Shown one piece after another: positions 54,501-62,067 of a stretch of 64,000 nt of DNA. The translations under genes were made by a program, and so were the position numbers. Within the stretch, counting starts at the first letter, position 1. Each line of letters opens with the position of its first letter. The stretch covers positions 2,876-66,875 of the IMG/VR virus record IMGVR_UViG_3300037249_000373, one strand, 5' to 3'. Below the pieces are notes generated by a model. The model had not been told where the DNA came from, did not search any database, and saw only the letters and a list, made by a program, of their open reading frames with translations. The DNA is from a virus (taxonomy: Duplodnaviria; Caudoviricetes).

Positions 54501-57316
54501 GAGTCTTTAAATGTATTCAGAAAATCATCCTGTATGATACCTTTCTGCTCTTCATTAGACAGTATATCTTTCCAATTAGATAGGTCAGCTTTAGTATCTC
54601 TTTTTTGAGTTTCCTTTAGTTTGGTTCTATGCTCTTTAGAAGAACGCTTAATTAAATCATCAAGACTGGAAAGTTTATTTTTTCTATGAGATTCTTCAAG
54701 CTTACCAGGTTTACCTGACTTAACAGGAGTATTTTTATACTCTTCTTCTAATTTGGCTTTTTCTTCTTGTAAAGCTTTATTTATAGTCTCAAGAGCATTT
54801 GCCTTATCTTCTTCAGTTTTAGCTTCATGCCATTTATCTACAAGATCATCAGATATACCTCTAAGGTTTGTAGTACTAGTATCCAGTTCTTTGGCAAGGT
54901 CTTTTAACTTAGGATTGATATTAGCTGTTTTCTTTTCTTCTTCTGTAGCAATATCCAGATTAGCTTTATATTCTGCTAGGTCTTTATCAGATAAACCAGA
55001 CTTCTTATATATCTCTGCTTTCTGTTCAGTACTTAAAGATTCATTAGAGTCTATATCACTTATGGCTTGTAACATATCTTCTTCTGTACTGCTGTTTCTA
55101 ATAGAACTTGAATAGGTATCCAGTATGGTACTATTTAAATTTGTTTTATATTTTTCAGCTTCTGTAAGTCTATCCTTTAACAAATTACTTCTTGCTTCCC
55201 ATTTAGCTTTAGCTTTAGGTGTAGTTGCTTTACTTGCATTTGCCTTAGCTTGATCCATTTCATTGGTAATATTACCAATAAGTTCATCTGTAGCCTTTAT
55301 ACGAAGGTTTACATAATTCTTAACTGTATCAGAATGGGAATCAATATTAGCTTTAATAAAATCATTTTCTATGGTTCTGCTTTCACCTTTAGGTATTTGT
55401 AAATCAGGATATTTACCAGTTAATTTTCCATAAGCTCTACCTAATTGTTTAGCGGACCATACACCTGGTCTGGCAACAATACCACCAAATAAACCAGCAA
55501 CACCTACAGGGAATCCAGCTGACGCTGTTTCAAGTACTTTATCCCAATCAATATCACCTTGCTGGTTAGCCCACTGAGTAGCCATTTCTGCTGTAGCATT
55601 TTCAGTGGACATACCAAAACCACCTTTGATAGAGCCTTCAAGTAAACCAGCCCCAACTCGTGATATTTTAGAACCAACTAATTCACCTGTTTTATTTAAG
55701 ACTTTACCAGTTAAATTAGATATAGCACCTTTTTCTATTCCTCTAAGTGCATTACCTGTATTCTGTAATGCTACACCAGCATCACCTATGCTTTGAGCTA
55801 AAGATTTATTACCTAAACCAGGAATATGCTGTAATCCTTTAATACCTGAGAATATACCATTGCCATAGTTACCAAATCTTGTACTTGCAGATATAGCAGA
55901 TGCAATACCATCATTACCTAATGCACCAGCTTTATTTATAAATTCAGCTGTATTCTTTAACCAATCATTAGCATTGTCTCTAAAGGATTTAATAATACCA
56001 TTTACAGTGGCTTTAGGCATACCTTCTAAGAGCATCTTAGAACCCATTAAGTTAAAGATGTAATTAAGGTTACCACCTGCAAAAGCTTGTAATTTGTTAA
56101 AGCCTTCTACAGTACCATACTTCTCAAAGTAGGCATTCAATGCATCACGTTCTACATTAACACCTGTACCAAGCATAGGAAGTGCATTACCTACAATAGC
56201 ACGTAATGAAGCTAATCCTCTAAGACCTGTACCAACTCCACCTGTAAGCATACCAAAAAGCATCCATGGAGCTAATTCCTCTAAAGTATTAATAAAGCCA
56301 GCTTTAGAACCAAATACTTTACCAAACTCATGAGACATCTGATCTTTCCAGTAATCCAAGTTAGACAGATTATCAGTGTATTTGGAACTACCATATTTGT
56401 TCATTAAATACAGATTATGTTCTGCTTCTTCATAGTCTTTTTCTACATCACTCTGGTATCTTGGGTTTGCTTTCTGTAAACCATAATTAGTAGCTTGTAA
56501 CTGATTCTCAATATCTACATATTGTTTACCATATTTCTGAAATGCATCTACTTCTGCATCAGTTAAAGAATCTCTAAGTAAACCAGCTCTTTGCTGTAAC
56601 TGCTCTAAGTCTGCTTGAGCTTGCATACCTTCAGGTGTAAATGGATTAGCTCTATGAGATGTTTCTCTAATGGCTTTATTTAATTCAGCTAATGTTCTGA
56701 GTTTATTAACACTATTTCTAGTGTCATTACCTAAAGCTGATTGTTGTTCTATTAGCTTACTTCTTTTGGCTTCTAATTCATTAGATTCCATGAAATTAGT
56801 ACCAATTAAAGCATCTATAGGCTTAAGAATAGAATCTTTAACAGTACGAACAAATGCATTAGGAGCTTCTTCATCTGTAGTAGCTCCCTGTACTTGGTCT
56901 AGTGGATTTACGTCACCTAATAGAGAATTGAATGAAGGAGTCTTACCATTCTGTAATTCGTATGAACGAGTAAGAATACTACTTGCTATAGCTTCTTTTT
57001 TACTTGGGTCATCCTTGTAAAGCTCTGCTAATAAAGGAGAGCTATCAATTAAACCATCTACTTGTTCTTTGGTTGTAGGTCTACGTTTAAGTATATCCTG
57101 AATAACAGCTAATTCAGCCTGTTTATAATCACCATTAAGAGCCAAAGGCATGCTATTAGGATTAGACATCTTAGCTAATTCTTGTTCATATGCTTGTTGC
57201 ATACGTTGAGGTCTAACTCTGTTTTCATAGAGAGCTTTTGATGTATCTGATAATAACCTTTCCTGAGTATAAGGTTGTGTAGGTTCTTCATCAAAAAAAT
57301 TAATATTATTAGCCAT
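42563..57316 (-). CDS. virion-encapsidated RNA polymerase (N4 gp50-like), 4917 aa
   Basis: Motif A 'EVDGTTNG' (D~2448), motif B 'RNFMKYPVMYITYSAG' (R~2553), motif C 'IHDA' (D~2838); A-to-C spacing 390 aa, close to the spacing recalled for N4 mini-vRNAP; Cys-poor; HExxH near aa 3879. Confidence 0.92.
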   Translation of the reverse strand: MANNINFFDEEPTQPYTQERLLSDTSKALYENRVRPQRMQQAYEQELAKMSNPNSMPLALNGDYKQAELAVIQDILKRRPTTKEQVDGLIDSSPLLAELYKDDPSKKEAIASSILTRSYELQNGKTPSFNSLLGDVNPLDQVQGATTDEEAPNAFVRTVKDSILKPIDALIGTNFMESNELEAKRSKLIEQQSALGNDTRNSVNKLRTLAELNKAIRETSHRANPFTPEGMQAQADLEQLQQRAGLLRDSLTDAEVDAFQKYGKQYVDIENQLQATNYGLQKANPRYQSDVEKDYEEAEHNLYLMNKYGSSKYTDNLSNLDYWKDQMSHEFGKVFGSKAGFINTLEELAPWMLFGMLTGGVGTGLRGLASLRAIVGNALPMLGTGVNVERDALNAYFEKYGTVEGFNKLQAFAGGNLNYIFNLMGSKMLLEGMPKATVNGIIKSFRDNANDWLKNTAEFINKAGALGNDGIASAISASTRFGNYGNGIFSGIKGLQHIPGLGNKSLAQSIGDAGVALQNTGNALRGIEKGAISNLTGKVLNKTGELVGSKISRVGAGLLEGSIKGGFGMSTENATAEMATQWANQQGDIDWDKVLETASAGFPVGVAGLFGGIVARPGVWSAKQLGRAYGKLTGKYPDLQIPKGESRTIENDFIKANIDSHSDTVKNYVNLRIKATDELIGNITNEMDQAKANASKATTPKAKAKWEARSNLLKDRLTEAEKYKTNLNSTILDTYSSSIRNSSTEEDMLQAISDIDSNESLSTEQKAEIYKKSGLSDKDLAEYKANLDIATEEEKKTANINPKLKDLAKELDTSTTNLRGISDDLVDKWHEAKTEEDKANALETINKALQEEKAKLEEEYKNTPVKSGKPGKLEESHRKNKLSSLDDLIKRSSKEHRTKLKETQKRDTKADLSNWKDILSNEEQKGIIQDDFLNTFKDSKMEDIDSKYATLTDEQKEALKAKYGTTDEAGTIKAIKDNKAKLDESIKLHNAIYESENAKVYDSKEQIEKDYKKLIDNNTIKIKSVKKSDGTEKYYIVKSEDNQYANLRKVISLDKTDLTGVKNATLTEANKEFKQFLNDNKNLSNKLGRALKKDAKDITLEDINKLDKSQEVFDVINNLLPDGNEKAIQSWNSNKANKSLKREGTYRMRGFSDVVKRVKKSTYIKNQIRHVNEANKMVNSEAKRLGLTGFLNAKSDNNELQQYLADVLFNFGLVNLYDGTNLTELDYNGIVSALKSKNLSKLNVDQLHFIQAKLNRLVNDANFISGDRVYPIKPFKTAIDNLIAIIDTEFPYNSLPDAKDTTFSLLAGSKEEWNSENPKSRRTNFGKLYDSLNTFNNKCKNDFGLTDTDTYEETNWLTDDTLIDDMFSLLIDPNIVDAEVRAIFNDSLSSGFIGFEQALANVQFPNEVWEYLKLKYDANGSTPSGSVATDFADSTEIKEVKEFFNAFKDNPKDMFNKLDSKVKAQVARTLLQDNVVQGLLGFIEGNAIKLTAKDYLKSRESAYRNTKDFTNVVKNITNFIKADLGLTDIADVSVGTVTILNMISTITDTAERETAKLRIILNAVEKTYANTSTTFTSVLTDKVKEDYKADIISFVNYIQSLDTFNKNNIRKYVLNSNLPPFLQKFFLNNAGKLWLGKVIAENRIGNNAISDVTTQLRNIAKAYKQANESIPLYTGKQAYRMEDITSDSLVSILDVLNYNDVTLSDLESYFNTPENKKLLDNNKQQLFDANGNLYDSFSNEFLNKISNEDKYEIAKILAKVINTKNIDNTYAHTGSKGSLKTIKPNANNSSIEKIRRFNVTENRYNSLFKPRIKSALLVDDALNAIISANTDSSISEQLNDIVNLIKDAKSVARSKFAVDTTGRHLISQIEAIGDYYNDSYLNVVSAVALASLSGFSTEASEEFLKKLAQIFPNVPIAEWFAKNKVMDLGTIRDQMGKMCANALGYKHDSDNALMYSNLVKDMGNHCVALLHELGYIEVGRLSRADGKYTKADKGTTFANTMPVVKLLNKGTDMQSTINTMDTFTNESGNTVSILDNLLGYTNRLKNPRIKTEFQEYQKELGTEYTNGVELDSFGQVGTLTDVKLSHDADNGIIKLEGKKKDIKQTYYYSDNIIFKKDGTKVSHLRLAQILANIIEPSLQNIPRTKQMFKDLIDATGKVTISEINFDTPEKLAELVKAHPNIGLLIDYEDPNKEQGKFATNINTRNYQALRSLLKTAEFIGNKLWNSTDTFVPMYFDEENTVNNRLFVNNLVDNYRENKMYRNLFEMNDMRQMEFTIGKDRSVPDATNPNKYTVNATDFLLPILHGFDLGWDKMRPEAISALMDKLSQKDGVLHNAFNTLLQSIDPDKPDTWQKAIDKFNEDISDYAKQGEDKASEVSFNVIKPDYEKNAEKAELFQIKYKHEAVYTLLKLKDIQIKDAKGRTNAITDIAQLFNPSNTISNYTLRIEVDGTTNGPAIRAMIGVFEGTQDPLNMMLSTGVGLSSVFTNYVDILSSGFLDTYLISGSFSQYNVAIKSLESIVTNNFQDDPNTEILKSIYGLDTTNIVDTLRGIMTRNFMKYPVMYITYSAGRESVSLDFLKLISEQVSKVLAGEVNDNMRKLIKDLVGYNEGYLSVTYEDNNCFLDREGNILDKNRNSIGINIFSNEKARREVNIDLSENVVTKAKLTESVLDPIYNSVSDALKEGQRVLSYNNLATNQQAFAYNVVLEKLIKKAFTDENGNLKEYTYIDLMEKAQDIANELTKIFSGIVGIEESTDLSGSELSTFKEALIKDVNTRLSAMTLMKGGSTLILNTKYTSPYLEGLGAGQSPVTVHSIDSYNMTNFQDYMLRNGYGKGLPIHDAMIAGLNQLSAMPELNKIFYTDRMRIAEMCVNRDEKLRASLRWIQNHKELLGDTAGKLIAQYERTIAQCEDSTQMDVLFSGLAMAELNYEKAKRGDKTFYVNQFSLDESSAYQPTEKDLEKEIEAYKELIKKADADKIITDSIASILRDGDLSLKNWLYNHLTQLGITEEELNSRLENVYYDSKKKFDSEYIDLTLEGTLNKIFNAMALNRALIPAYLKDINDHLKTGSNTIDKVHLSGLFNIANKKTFNIEDTNNRLASRGTNNKIASAFEILTKIDIGKVLHLDNMYVIRNLYQAILANKDKLLGKGSFNSWDIMNILREAVGLSLGNRLSTRQKEAFEKLLHRFGTDQFKVNLSEFDKTKTTFIDLSSELDWEGVDTVIEQAVNKNNIYGSRADYDKNTATTEWFDSNIFNAVYNYYKDKLKAGDKQIVFTLRSSQDILRMQALQRMIDRAGTEGYEMFQGTSIVVVPSVSDLTRNSPKTDLESELLLRLKQSCNNPTIHFTRGTVKDNVQLLQNISNQDVTESYLIEHKSAYGEKAQSGSIDDSGNYKQIDRASYSDKANVDIDFTNEIGELRDSWSNETSDRDNILPTIALETNGIRDRSLQDIDLDDILQDNPENDASYTKTGYKDIKLGSDSIWFDADHGGIGAIFTPKNGINTNAIGINMCSDGSLVNEGTVGLLKDLPEFNSAVFQAKLAMQEDYKKYLNGGITWREYLKPRVIKVTDSLNNIHYYVFQVTRDTSIAKNELAQSVAKSYGQWELVTGTPLFDWLSDEAKLNVNNVRKFVTNNSDSNSDKRVFIDRSLINKNLLEVDNYDEGLKNVNARCLGVIQNKLSAVGINNLAFIHKDNTFDYSDAYLTVPDSTDFSYTFLSLNNISKKAMQTVADEIKVNKRNMFTSAVNGIASVFHAFRRIPTHNKEFTDQVNMDVRNMRGKPANRNLSDMTRDMLNGSVSLKGALNECKRMDSERGVDTNDTELSWLDDLMVNSTTPITLFMDEASNTIDVSQVSLERDEYGVARNEEIILGKANNGESQTEAMRHEYSHTVWRHADPRAKQELTKIFNTAMDNLTLDDFEDGDTPANRLIMDAITNPQTPNHLEEFGAYAVSCPKFRQAIRNMENRIGKHKAKMGLIEKIKNLFIAVITKLTSFISGEYQPKSKAEFTSLVSAVDGIFRSSYKASAKFWQEASIGKDSTVPKEYDYARGANETPYERLLGNLHNPIEDIIGSSSSLVTLANEYERKGTQDIATVLTDGIREFTSSKFKYLENFANDLAGSIEGASPDMYRYLQIRNQGKMLIDQSRERGADAVNNTVKDILKDVPKEVERELTRQFIRTDISCLFNSTKSAKEVKELLTNKDARTKEIKKLENKLNGQTYANAYKNMAKGLAQYLVTGFNPTGLAYRNAYEIVNLSGSSYQTKGKFNGDIVNVVDQLTTLYALDLIKNPVYDKLDERVIENLSKVHNGVKDAEYTEVYGNNQQKNHIPKGQLHGGKTTGRYDIIPESELKAYQWNGYEKVSDAELDPFYKRIAKEKYVIVKAKWKSPTPYVAGVTLMTDLFKGRAKSGLSYNGEGKVDKEIDWKRTKEYEELKKYVNQRVNALNKPNPQLLQKAPHGNLVLNFNYIDRLTGANFELNPVTTDEVIGRNQKITSVLGDIYGSCIERSQSSEFNRTAGEAMINIYEHFAKQGNSNQFVWLSDNSENEEYRELYNSLPYDTKAIATEKYGDNGIPVMKKALTTVFGYKQLSANDIDATKEAVKAIEEQDKFKTDLSTEFMNYVKYVFHNGITGNMEEFFKWLASTAKDNIVIKGLTTSWNNLVSNCVTLGIKGLSLKEIGQYQAEAFNAMRTINEWEKQLKALKVKQFNNTYTDADAIKERALKQNIENSPMYPLYKRGIVSNSLAENSAESDKFFKDLIDNITPKGMIRDLAHEFTLSPKGNLYQALFMFANAGDTVAKYALYKHMRNTGFSEEESSRVALQTFIDYSNPLPKSIQYLDSIGVYPFAKYAFGSKSAMLNSIFGNPDRAVSFMALNDLIFGLPNIYEGIFGTTTMINKFNFPGELFVDSLNGLTSVKIANTIWEAL

Positions 57317-57391
57317 AAAAAATACACCTATTCAAGTTGAAAAATCTGAATAAGTGTATTTATGATTTTTTAAAAAAGTCAATATTACTAT

Positions 57392-58927
57392 CTATGGCAA
57401 GCTATTGAAGTCTTTACTGATATTATCTTTACTTCGATCAGATAGGTCTTGTAATTCCTTTCTTTTATTAAGTACATAGGTAGCTTGTCTACTCAAGGTT
57501 CCATCTCTGAGAGCATTGCCTCTTTGTGTAGGAGAGGAATTCATAAAGAGTTCTTTAGCATTTTCCCGGCTAAGGCCAGATAGAAATAGGTTTAAAGCAT
57601 ATTCTTTAGCACCTGGTTTTAAATTATTAACCCATGATAGATCACTATTGCTAGACATAACTTTATATATATTATTTTTAATATCTTTAGCATTTTTCAT
57701 TTCTGAAAAGAAATCATTAAATTTTTTTGAATTATACTTGTTATCAGTTATGTCTTTTGCTGTAACACCCTCTTCCTTATCTATAATAGTATTACCTGCA
57801 TGTTCCCTATTAGCATCATCAAAAGAGGTAATTCTAGCAGCATCATCGTTAGCTTTCTTGGTTAACTCAGATATTAATTGCTTTTTGAGTACCTTTTTAT
57901 AGGGTTTACCCATATCAAAGCTATCTACAGCTTCTTCTATCTTAGGTCTAATAATATTATAAGCCATAGCCTTATCTTGAGGGGATGCGTCAGTATTTCT
58001 AATAATGTCTATAGCATCTGCAAAAGAGTTGTCATTATTATCTTTAAAATATGTTTGAATATCGTCTCTTACATTTTGCATTACAGCTTGTGAAAAACCA
58101 CCATGACTATTTATATATTGCTCTATTTCATTGTCATTATATGAGTTACCATTAGCATCTTTAAGATTTTTAAATTGAGATTCTATATCAGAAATTTCAT
58201 CATAGTTATTCAATATATTATCTATTTGAATACTATTATTTCTATCTTGAGCTTTATTTTTACGCTGAGCAACATCGGTATTAACTACTGATACCTCATT
58301 ACCATTGCCATAAGCTAGATTAGCTGTAAGACCCTGTTGCTTGGATCGTTCAGCATCTGACATATTAAGTACTGCCTTTTGATAATTAGCTCTATTCATT
58401 TCTTGCTGGTTTGCTATTTTATTATCAATAGATTGCCTCATCTCAGCTGTAGGGGTAGCATACTTAGGGTTATTAAACCAAGAATAGAAATTATCACCGG
58501 CTTTAAGTCTTTCATTCATTTGCTCATTATTGAGACCCATGATATTATCATATAGCTGTTGGGTATTCTGGTTCTTTACAGCATTCTGTTTAGCACCTAA
58601 AGCTGTATATAAATTAGGGTCTTCTCTGTTATACAAGAAACCGTCTTTAGAATCATAATTTTCATCTAACCAATCTAGTAAGCTACCTCCATTTTCTAAA
58701 TAAGAATTTACCTCATCTTGATGTAATCTTTGAGCATCTCTCATTATGTTAGATGTGTTTATTCTCTTAGCACCCATATCCCATTGAGGTACAATACCCT
58801 CTTTATTATCAAATAGGGTATTATACATATCATTGAATAAGTTACGTTTATTCAATAGAGCACTACCATATAATTGAGTAGCCATTGCTGTCTGAGGACT
58901 AGCTGTTTGAAAAGTATTTATAGCCAT
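57392..58927 (-). CDS. putative internal virion/ejection protein (gp51-like position)
   Basis: Helical Q/N/D-rich sequence; directly upstream of vRNAP. Confidence 0.6.
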   Translation of the reverse strand: MAINTFQTASPQTAMATQLYGSALLNKRNLFNDMYNTLFDNKEGIVPQWDMGAKRINTSNIMRDAQRLHQDEVNSYLENGGSLLDWLDENYDSKDGFLYNREDPNLYTALGAKQNAVKNQNTQQLYDNIMGLNNEQMNERLKAGDNFYSWFNNPKYATPTAEMRQSIDNKIANQQEMNRANYQKAVLNMSDAERSKQQGLTANLAYGNGNEVSVVNTDVAQRKNKAQDRNNSIQIDNILNNYDEISDIESQFKNLKDANGNSYNDNEIEQYINSHGGFSQAVMQNVRDDIQTYFKDNNDNSFADAIDIIRNTDASPQDKAMAYNIIRPKIEEAVDSFDMGKPYKKVLKKQLISELTKKANDDAARITSFDDANREHAGNTIIDKEEGVTAKDITDNKYNSKKFNDFFSEMKNAKDIKNNIYKVMSSNSDLSWVNNLKPGAKEYALNLFLSGLSRENAKELFMNSSPTQRGNALRDGTLSRQATYVLNKRKELQDLSDRSKDNISKDFNSLP

Positions 58928-58929
58928 AG

Positions 58930-59622
58930 TTATCTCCAGTATTTGTCTAAAGTTCTAGAGTGTTTTCTAATGTATTCATCAGCTGTACTAGCACCATTTA
59001 ACTGAATAAATCTCTTAGTACTTGCTGATAGTTTAGCATCAGGATTACCCTCTGCTTGGATTATTTCTTTAGCTCCTTTAGGACCTATATTATAAATAAA
59101 ATATAGATTTCTAGGAGTTACAGGAATACCATAGCTTCTAAGAATTCTAGCATTATCTTTCATAAGTCTTACATAAGCATCATATGACTTATAGGGATCT
59201 GTCCTATCTTTAGGATCTAATCCCATAGCTCTAGCGGTACCTACTGTAAATTGAAATAATCCACTAGCACCTGTAGGACTTAATGCATCTGCATAACCAC
59301 CTGATTCTTTCATAATAAATGCATTAGTTAATGGATCATCTGAATACCATCTATTCTTAGCTTTATCAAACTTAATACCAGCAGAACCAAAGTTATCATC
59401 AAATACATAGTTATCAGATTTACTTGAATAAGTAGGCATGTAATTATTCTCCTTATTTTGTATGATTTCTTGTAATGTAGGTTGTATAGGATTAGCTACT
59501 AGTTGGTCATAATTAAATAAACCATCAAGATAATTACCAACTGTATTATCTTCTTCTTCTTGGTTTTGACTATCTAATAACTCTCTACCTATAGAGTTTA
59601 AATTAGTTATCATGTTATACAC
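58930..59622 (-). CDS. soluble lytic transglycosylase (SLT) domain protein, probably virion-associated
   Basis: 'IMKESGG', 'GASGLFQF' and 'YNIGP' SLT motifs; acidic low-complexity N-terminus. Confidence 0.88.
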   Translation of the reverse strand: MYNMITNLNSIGRELLDSQNQEEEDNTVGNYLDGLFNYDQLVANPIQPTLQEIIQNKENNYMPTYSSKSDNYVFDDNFGSAGIKFDKAKNRWYSDDPLTNAFIMKESGGYADALSPTGASGLFQFTVGTARAMGLDPKDRTDPYKSYDAYVRLMKDNARILRSYGIPVTPRNLYFIYNIGPKGAKEIIQAEGNPDAKLSASTKRFIQLNGASTADEYIRKHSRTLDKYWR

Positions 59623-59631
59623 CTTATACTG

Positions 59632-60786
59632 TTATAATTTATCAAATGCACCATGATTTTCCATATAATCTAAAAGCTCTCTTTTAGCGTTGTCAATATC
59701 TTCCTGAGACGCACTTCCATCTATCATCCTATCTATTTTTCTACTCATTCTCATCATTTCTGGATTCCAAGAAGTAGCATTTTTTATATTTAATAATGTA
59801 GAACCATATACTTTCTTTAAATCATCTTTAAAAGAATTATTACCTGGTTTATGGTATGTGCGCAATCTTCTTTTTGCACCACCTGGAGCTCTACCTTCCT
59901 CTATCATACGAGCAAATGTAGCTGGTTTTATACCCTCAGCTATTTCGCCATTAGCTATTTGTCTTTCTTTTTCTTGCTTTCTACTATCTTCTTCAGCTTT
60001 GAGTAGATTACCTTGTTCTTCTCTTGTACTAGCTAATTTATTTTGAATAGGATACATTAAAGATGTATACAAATCATTTAAAGAACCATTTTTGTAACCT
60101 AAAACAGTACCACCATTTGAATACTTTTTAGACATCATATATTCTAAAAGCTCTCTAACACCAAATCTTCTAGTACCATCTGGGTAAGTTCTACCGTATT
60201 TCTCTGCTAGTATCTTCTGATTCTCAGGTTGAAATATATCTTGTAATAGTGATTTGAAAGCTTTACTATCTGTTAAATTGTCACCATAAGACAAACTAGG
60301 TTTACGCAAACTACCAGCATAATTAGCAAGGTCCACTAAATTCTTGTATTCTTCTGGAGTTAATTTAGAATTAGGATTATCTTTAGCCCATGCTCTTATA
60401 CCAGCAGAAGCATTAAGATCATCAAATCTACTACCACCATATAAAAAAGAACCTAGCCAATTAAGATTAGTATCATCATCCTCATTGGTATAGGCTTGAT
60501 CTATCTGAGAACCTGTCCAATCTTTAATATTATCATAATCAGAAAATTTATTAGTACCAGTATATTTAGTTACATCATAACCACCAAGCTCAGATGAGGG
60601 AGAACCAGTTAAACCAAGTAAAGCTAAGTCTATATTAGACATACCATCAATAGTACCTATGTCATCAAAGTACAATTTACCATCTAAATTTCCAGGCATA
60701 TTCATCTCCTTGTTAGGAATAATGCCTACTAAAGCAAGTAACCAAATAGTAAGCATTAAACCAAGTAAAATAATATCTTTCTTCAT
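59632..60786 (-). CDS. putative internal virion protein
   Basis: ORF in the ejection-gene block; alternative start at MNMPG after AAGGAG. Confidence 0.6.
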   Translation of the reverse strand: MKKDIILLGLMLTIWLLALVGIIPNKEMNMPGNLDGKLYFDDIGTIDGMSNIDLALLGLTGSPSSELGGYDVTKYTGTNKFSDYDNIKDWTGSQIDQAYTNEDDDTNLNWLGSFLYGGSRFDDLNASAGIRAWAKDNPNSKLTPEEYKNLVDLANYAGSLRKPSLSYGDNLTDSKAFKSLLQDIFQPENQKILAEKYGRTYPDGTRRFGVRELLEYMMSKKYSNGGTVLGYKNGSLNDLYTSLMYPIQNKLASTREEQGNLLKAEEDSRKQEKERQIANGEIAEGIKPATFARMIEEGRAPGGAKRRLRTYHKPGNNSFKDDLKKVYGSTLLNIKNATSWNPEMMRMSRKIDRMIDGSASQEDIDNAKRELLDYMENHGAFDKL

Positions 60787-60829
60787 ATCTACCTCATTAT
60801 TAGCAATAAGGTAAATATAATCTAATCAA

Positions 60830-61198
60830 CTACCTATATCCATTTCTTAATCTTTGATATGCTAAGAAGTCCTCATAACCATTAGAAGGTGTATTACTTA
60901 CTGGCTTAGTAGTTACACCATAGTTAGGATTAGATACAGTATCAATGTATTGTTGCAGATAGGCTCTAGAGGCTTCTGAGATAGGAGGTCTTCCTCTCCT
61001 GTAACCAGTAACTACAGTTCCTTCTGGTTCAGATACCATCTGAAAATGTTGTACAGTAGGCTGTGGAGTATAGGATATACCTGTAGATATAGGTCTGGCA
61101 CTAAACCGGTTATTATAATCAATTCCATTGAGAGCATAGTTAGCCTTTACTTGAGGGAAGGCATACTCATCAAAAAAATTTGTAACTTTGTTAATCAT
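60830..61198 (-). CDS. putative virion protein (122 aa)
   Basis: AGGAG RBS; operon context. Confidence 0.6.
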   Translation of the reverse strand: MINKVTNFFDEYAFPQVKANYALNGIDYNNRFSARPISTGISYTPQPTVQHFQMVSEPEGTVVTGYRRGRPPISEASRAYLQQYIDTVSNPNYGVTTKPVSNTPSNGYEDFLAYQRLRNGYR

Positions 61199-61207
61199 AG
61201 TGTTCTC

Positions 61208-62059
61208 CTAATTAAACATATCCCAAGCAAAGTTAGCTAGCTTACCTGATAAATTAAATTTATTATCTAAATAGTTACCAAGTGCATATCCACCTAATCC
61301 AGCACCAGTTGCTAAACCAGCTCCTAATGCCCCTACACCAGCTCCAGCTAAAGCACCAGTACCAGATAAAGCTCCCATACCAGCACCTATGCCAGCACCT
61401 CCCATAGCAGAATAGCCAATATCATTAGCTACGTTAGATGCATTAAAGTTTTTATTACCTAAACCATAGTCAGCTAAGTTAGAGGCTTCTCCGGCTATAC
61501 CAGCACCTAATAAAAACTTCCTTACTGCTGGATTATTTAAAGCATTTATAGTTCTATTTCTAATACCGTTTTCCTGATCTGCTAAGCGTGCTTTGGCATT
61601 ATTTAAATCTCTTTCAGTCTGCCTTACATTAGCCTCATTAGCAGATAGCATAGGACCATATACCCTACCTCTACTAATAGAATCACCTACAACACCTTCT
61701 ACAGGATCAGCTGGGTACCAGGGTACTTCAGCTCTACCAAAACCTAAAGGAACCATAGGTCTAATAGGACTAGGTAAATCTCTTAAATTAACAGTTTCAG
61801 GAACATATTTAGTGTAACCAAAACCATTAGATACTGGTCTTACAATTTGAGTTTTAAGTGTACCGTTATCAATATCCTTCATCATAGAGTCTTTATATAG
61901 CTGATATGCTTTAGCATCTTCTCTCTGTGCCTGTAGGTTTACTCGTCTAGTAGTAGCTATATCATCTATATAGGGGTCTAGATACCTATTAACTAAGCGT
62001 TTTTGTAAATCTGGATTAAAGTCAGTTACACTAAATCCGTTACTATCTTGAGTAGCCAT
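61208..62059 (-). CDS. glycine-zipper putative ejection/membrane-pore protein
   Basis: C-terminal 'GGAGIGAGMGALSGTGALAGAGVGALGAGLATGAGLGGYALG'; GGAGG RBS. Confidence 0.6.
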   Translation of the reverse strand: MATQDSNGFSVTDFNPDLQKRLVNRYLDPYIDDIATTRRVNLQAQREDAKAYQLYKDSMMKDIDNGTLKTQIVRPVSNGFGYTKYVPETVNLRDLPSPIRPMVPLGFGRAEVPWYPADPVEGVVGDSISRGRVYGPMLSANEANVRQTERDLNNAKARLADQENGIRNRTINALNNPAVRKFLLGAGIAGEASNLADYGLGNKNFNASNVANDIGYSAMGGAGIGAGMGALSGTGALAGAGVGALGAGLATGAGLGGYALGNYLDNKFNLSGKLANFAWDMFN

Positions 62060-62067
62060 CTAACCTC

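Noticed and set aside
42645-57020. Numerous + strand ORFs opposite vRNAP (e.g. 44718, 47943, 52935, 54753, 56670)
   Set aside because: Antisense shadow ORFs of a long coding gene: Leu/Ser-rich, with no RBS or motifs.
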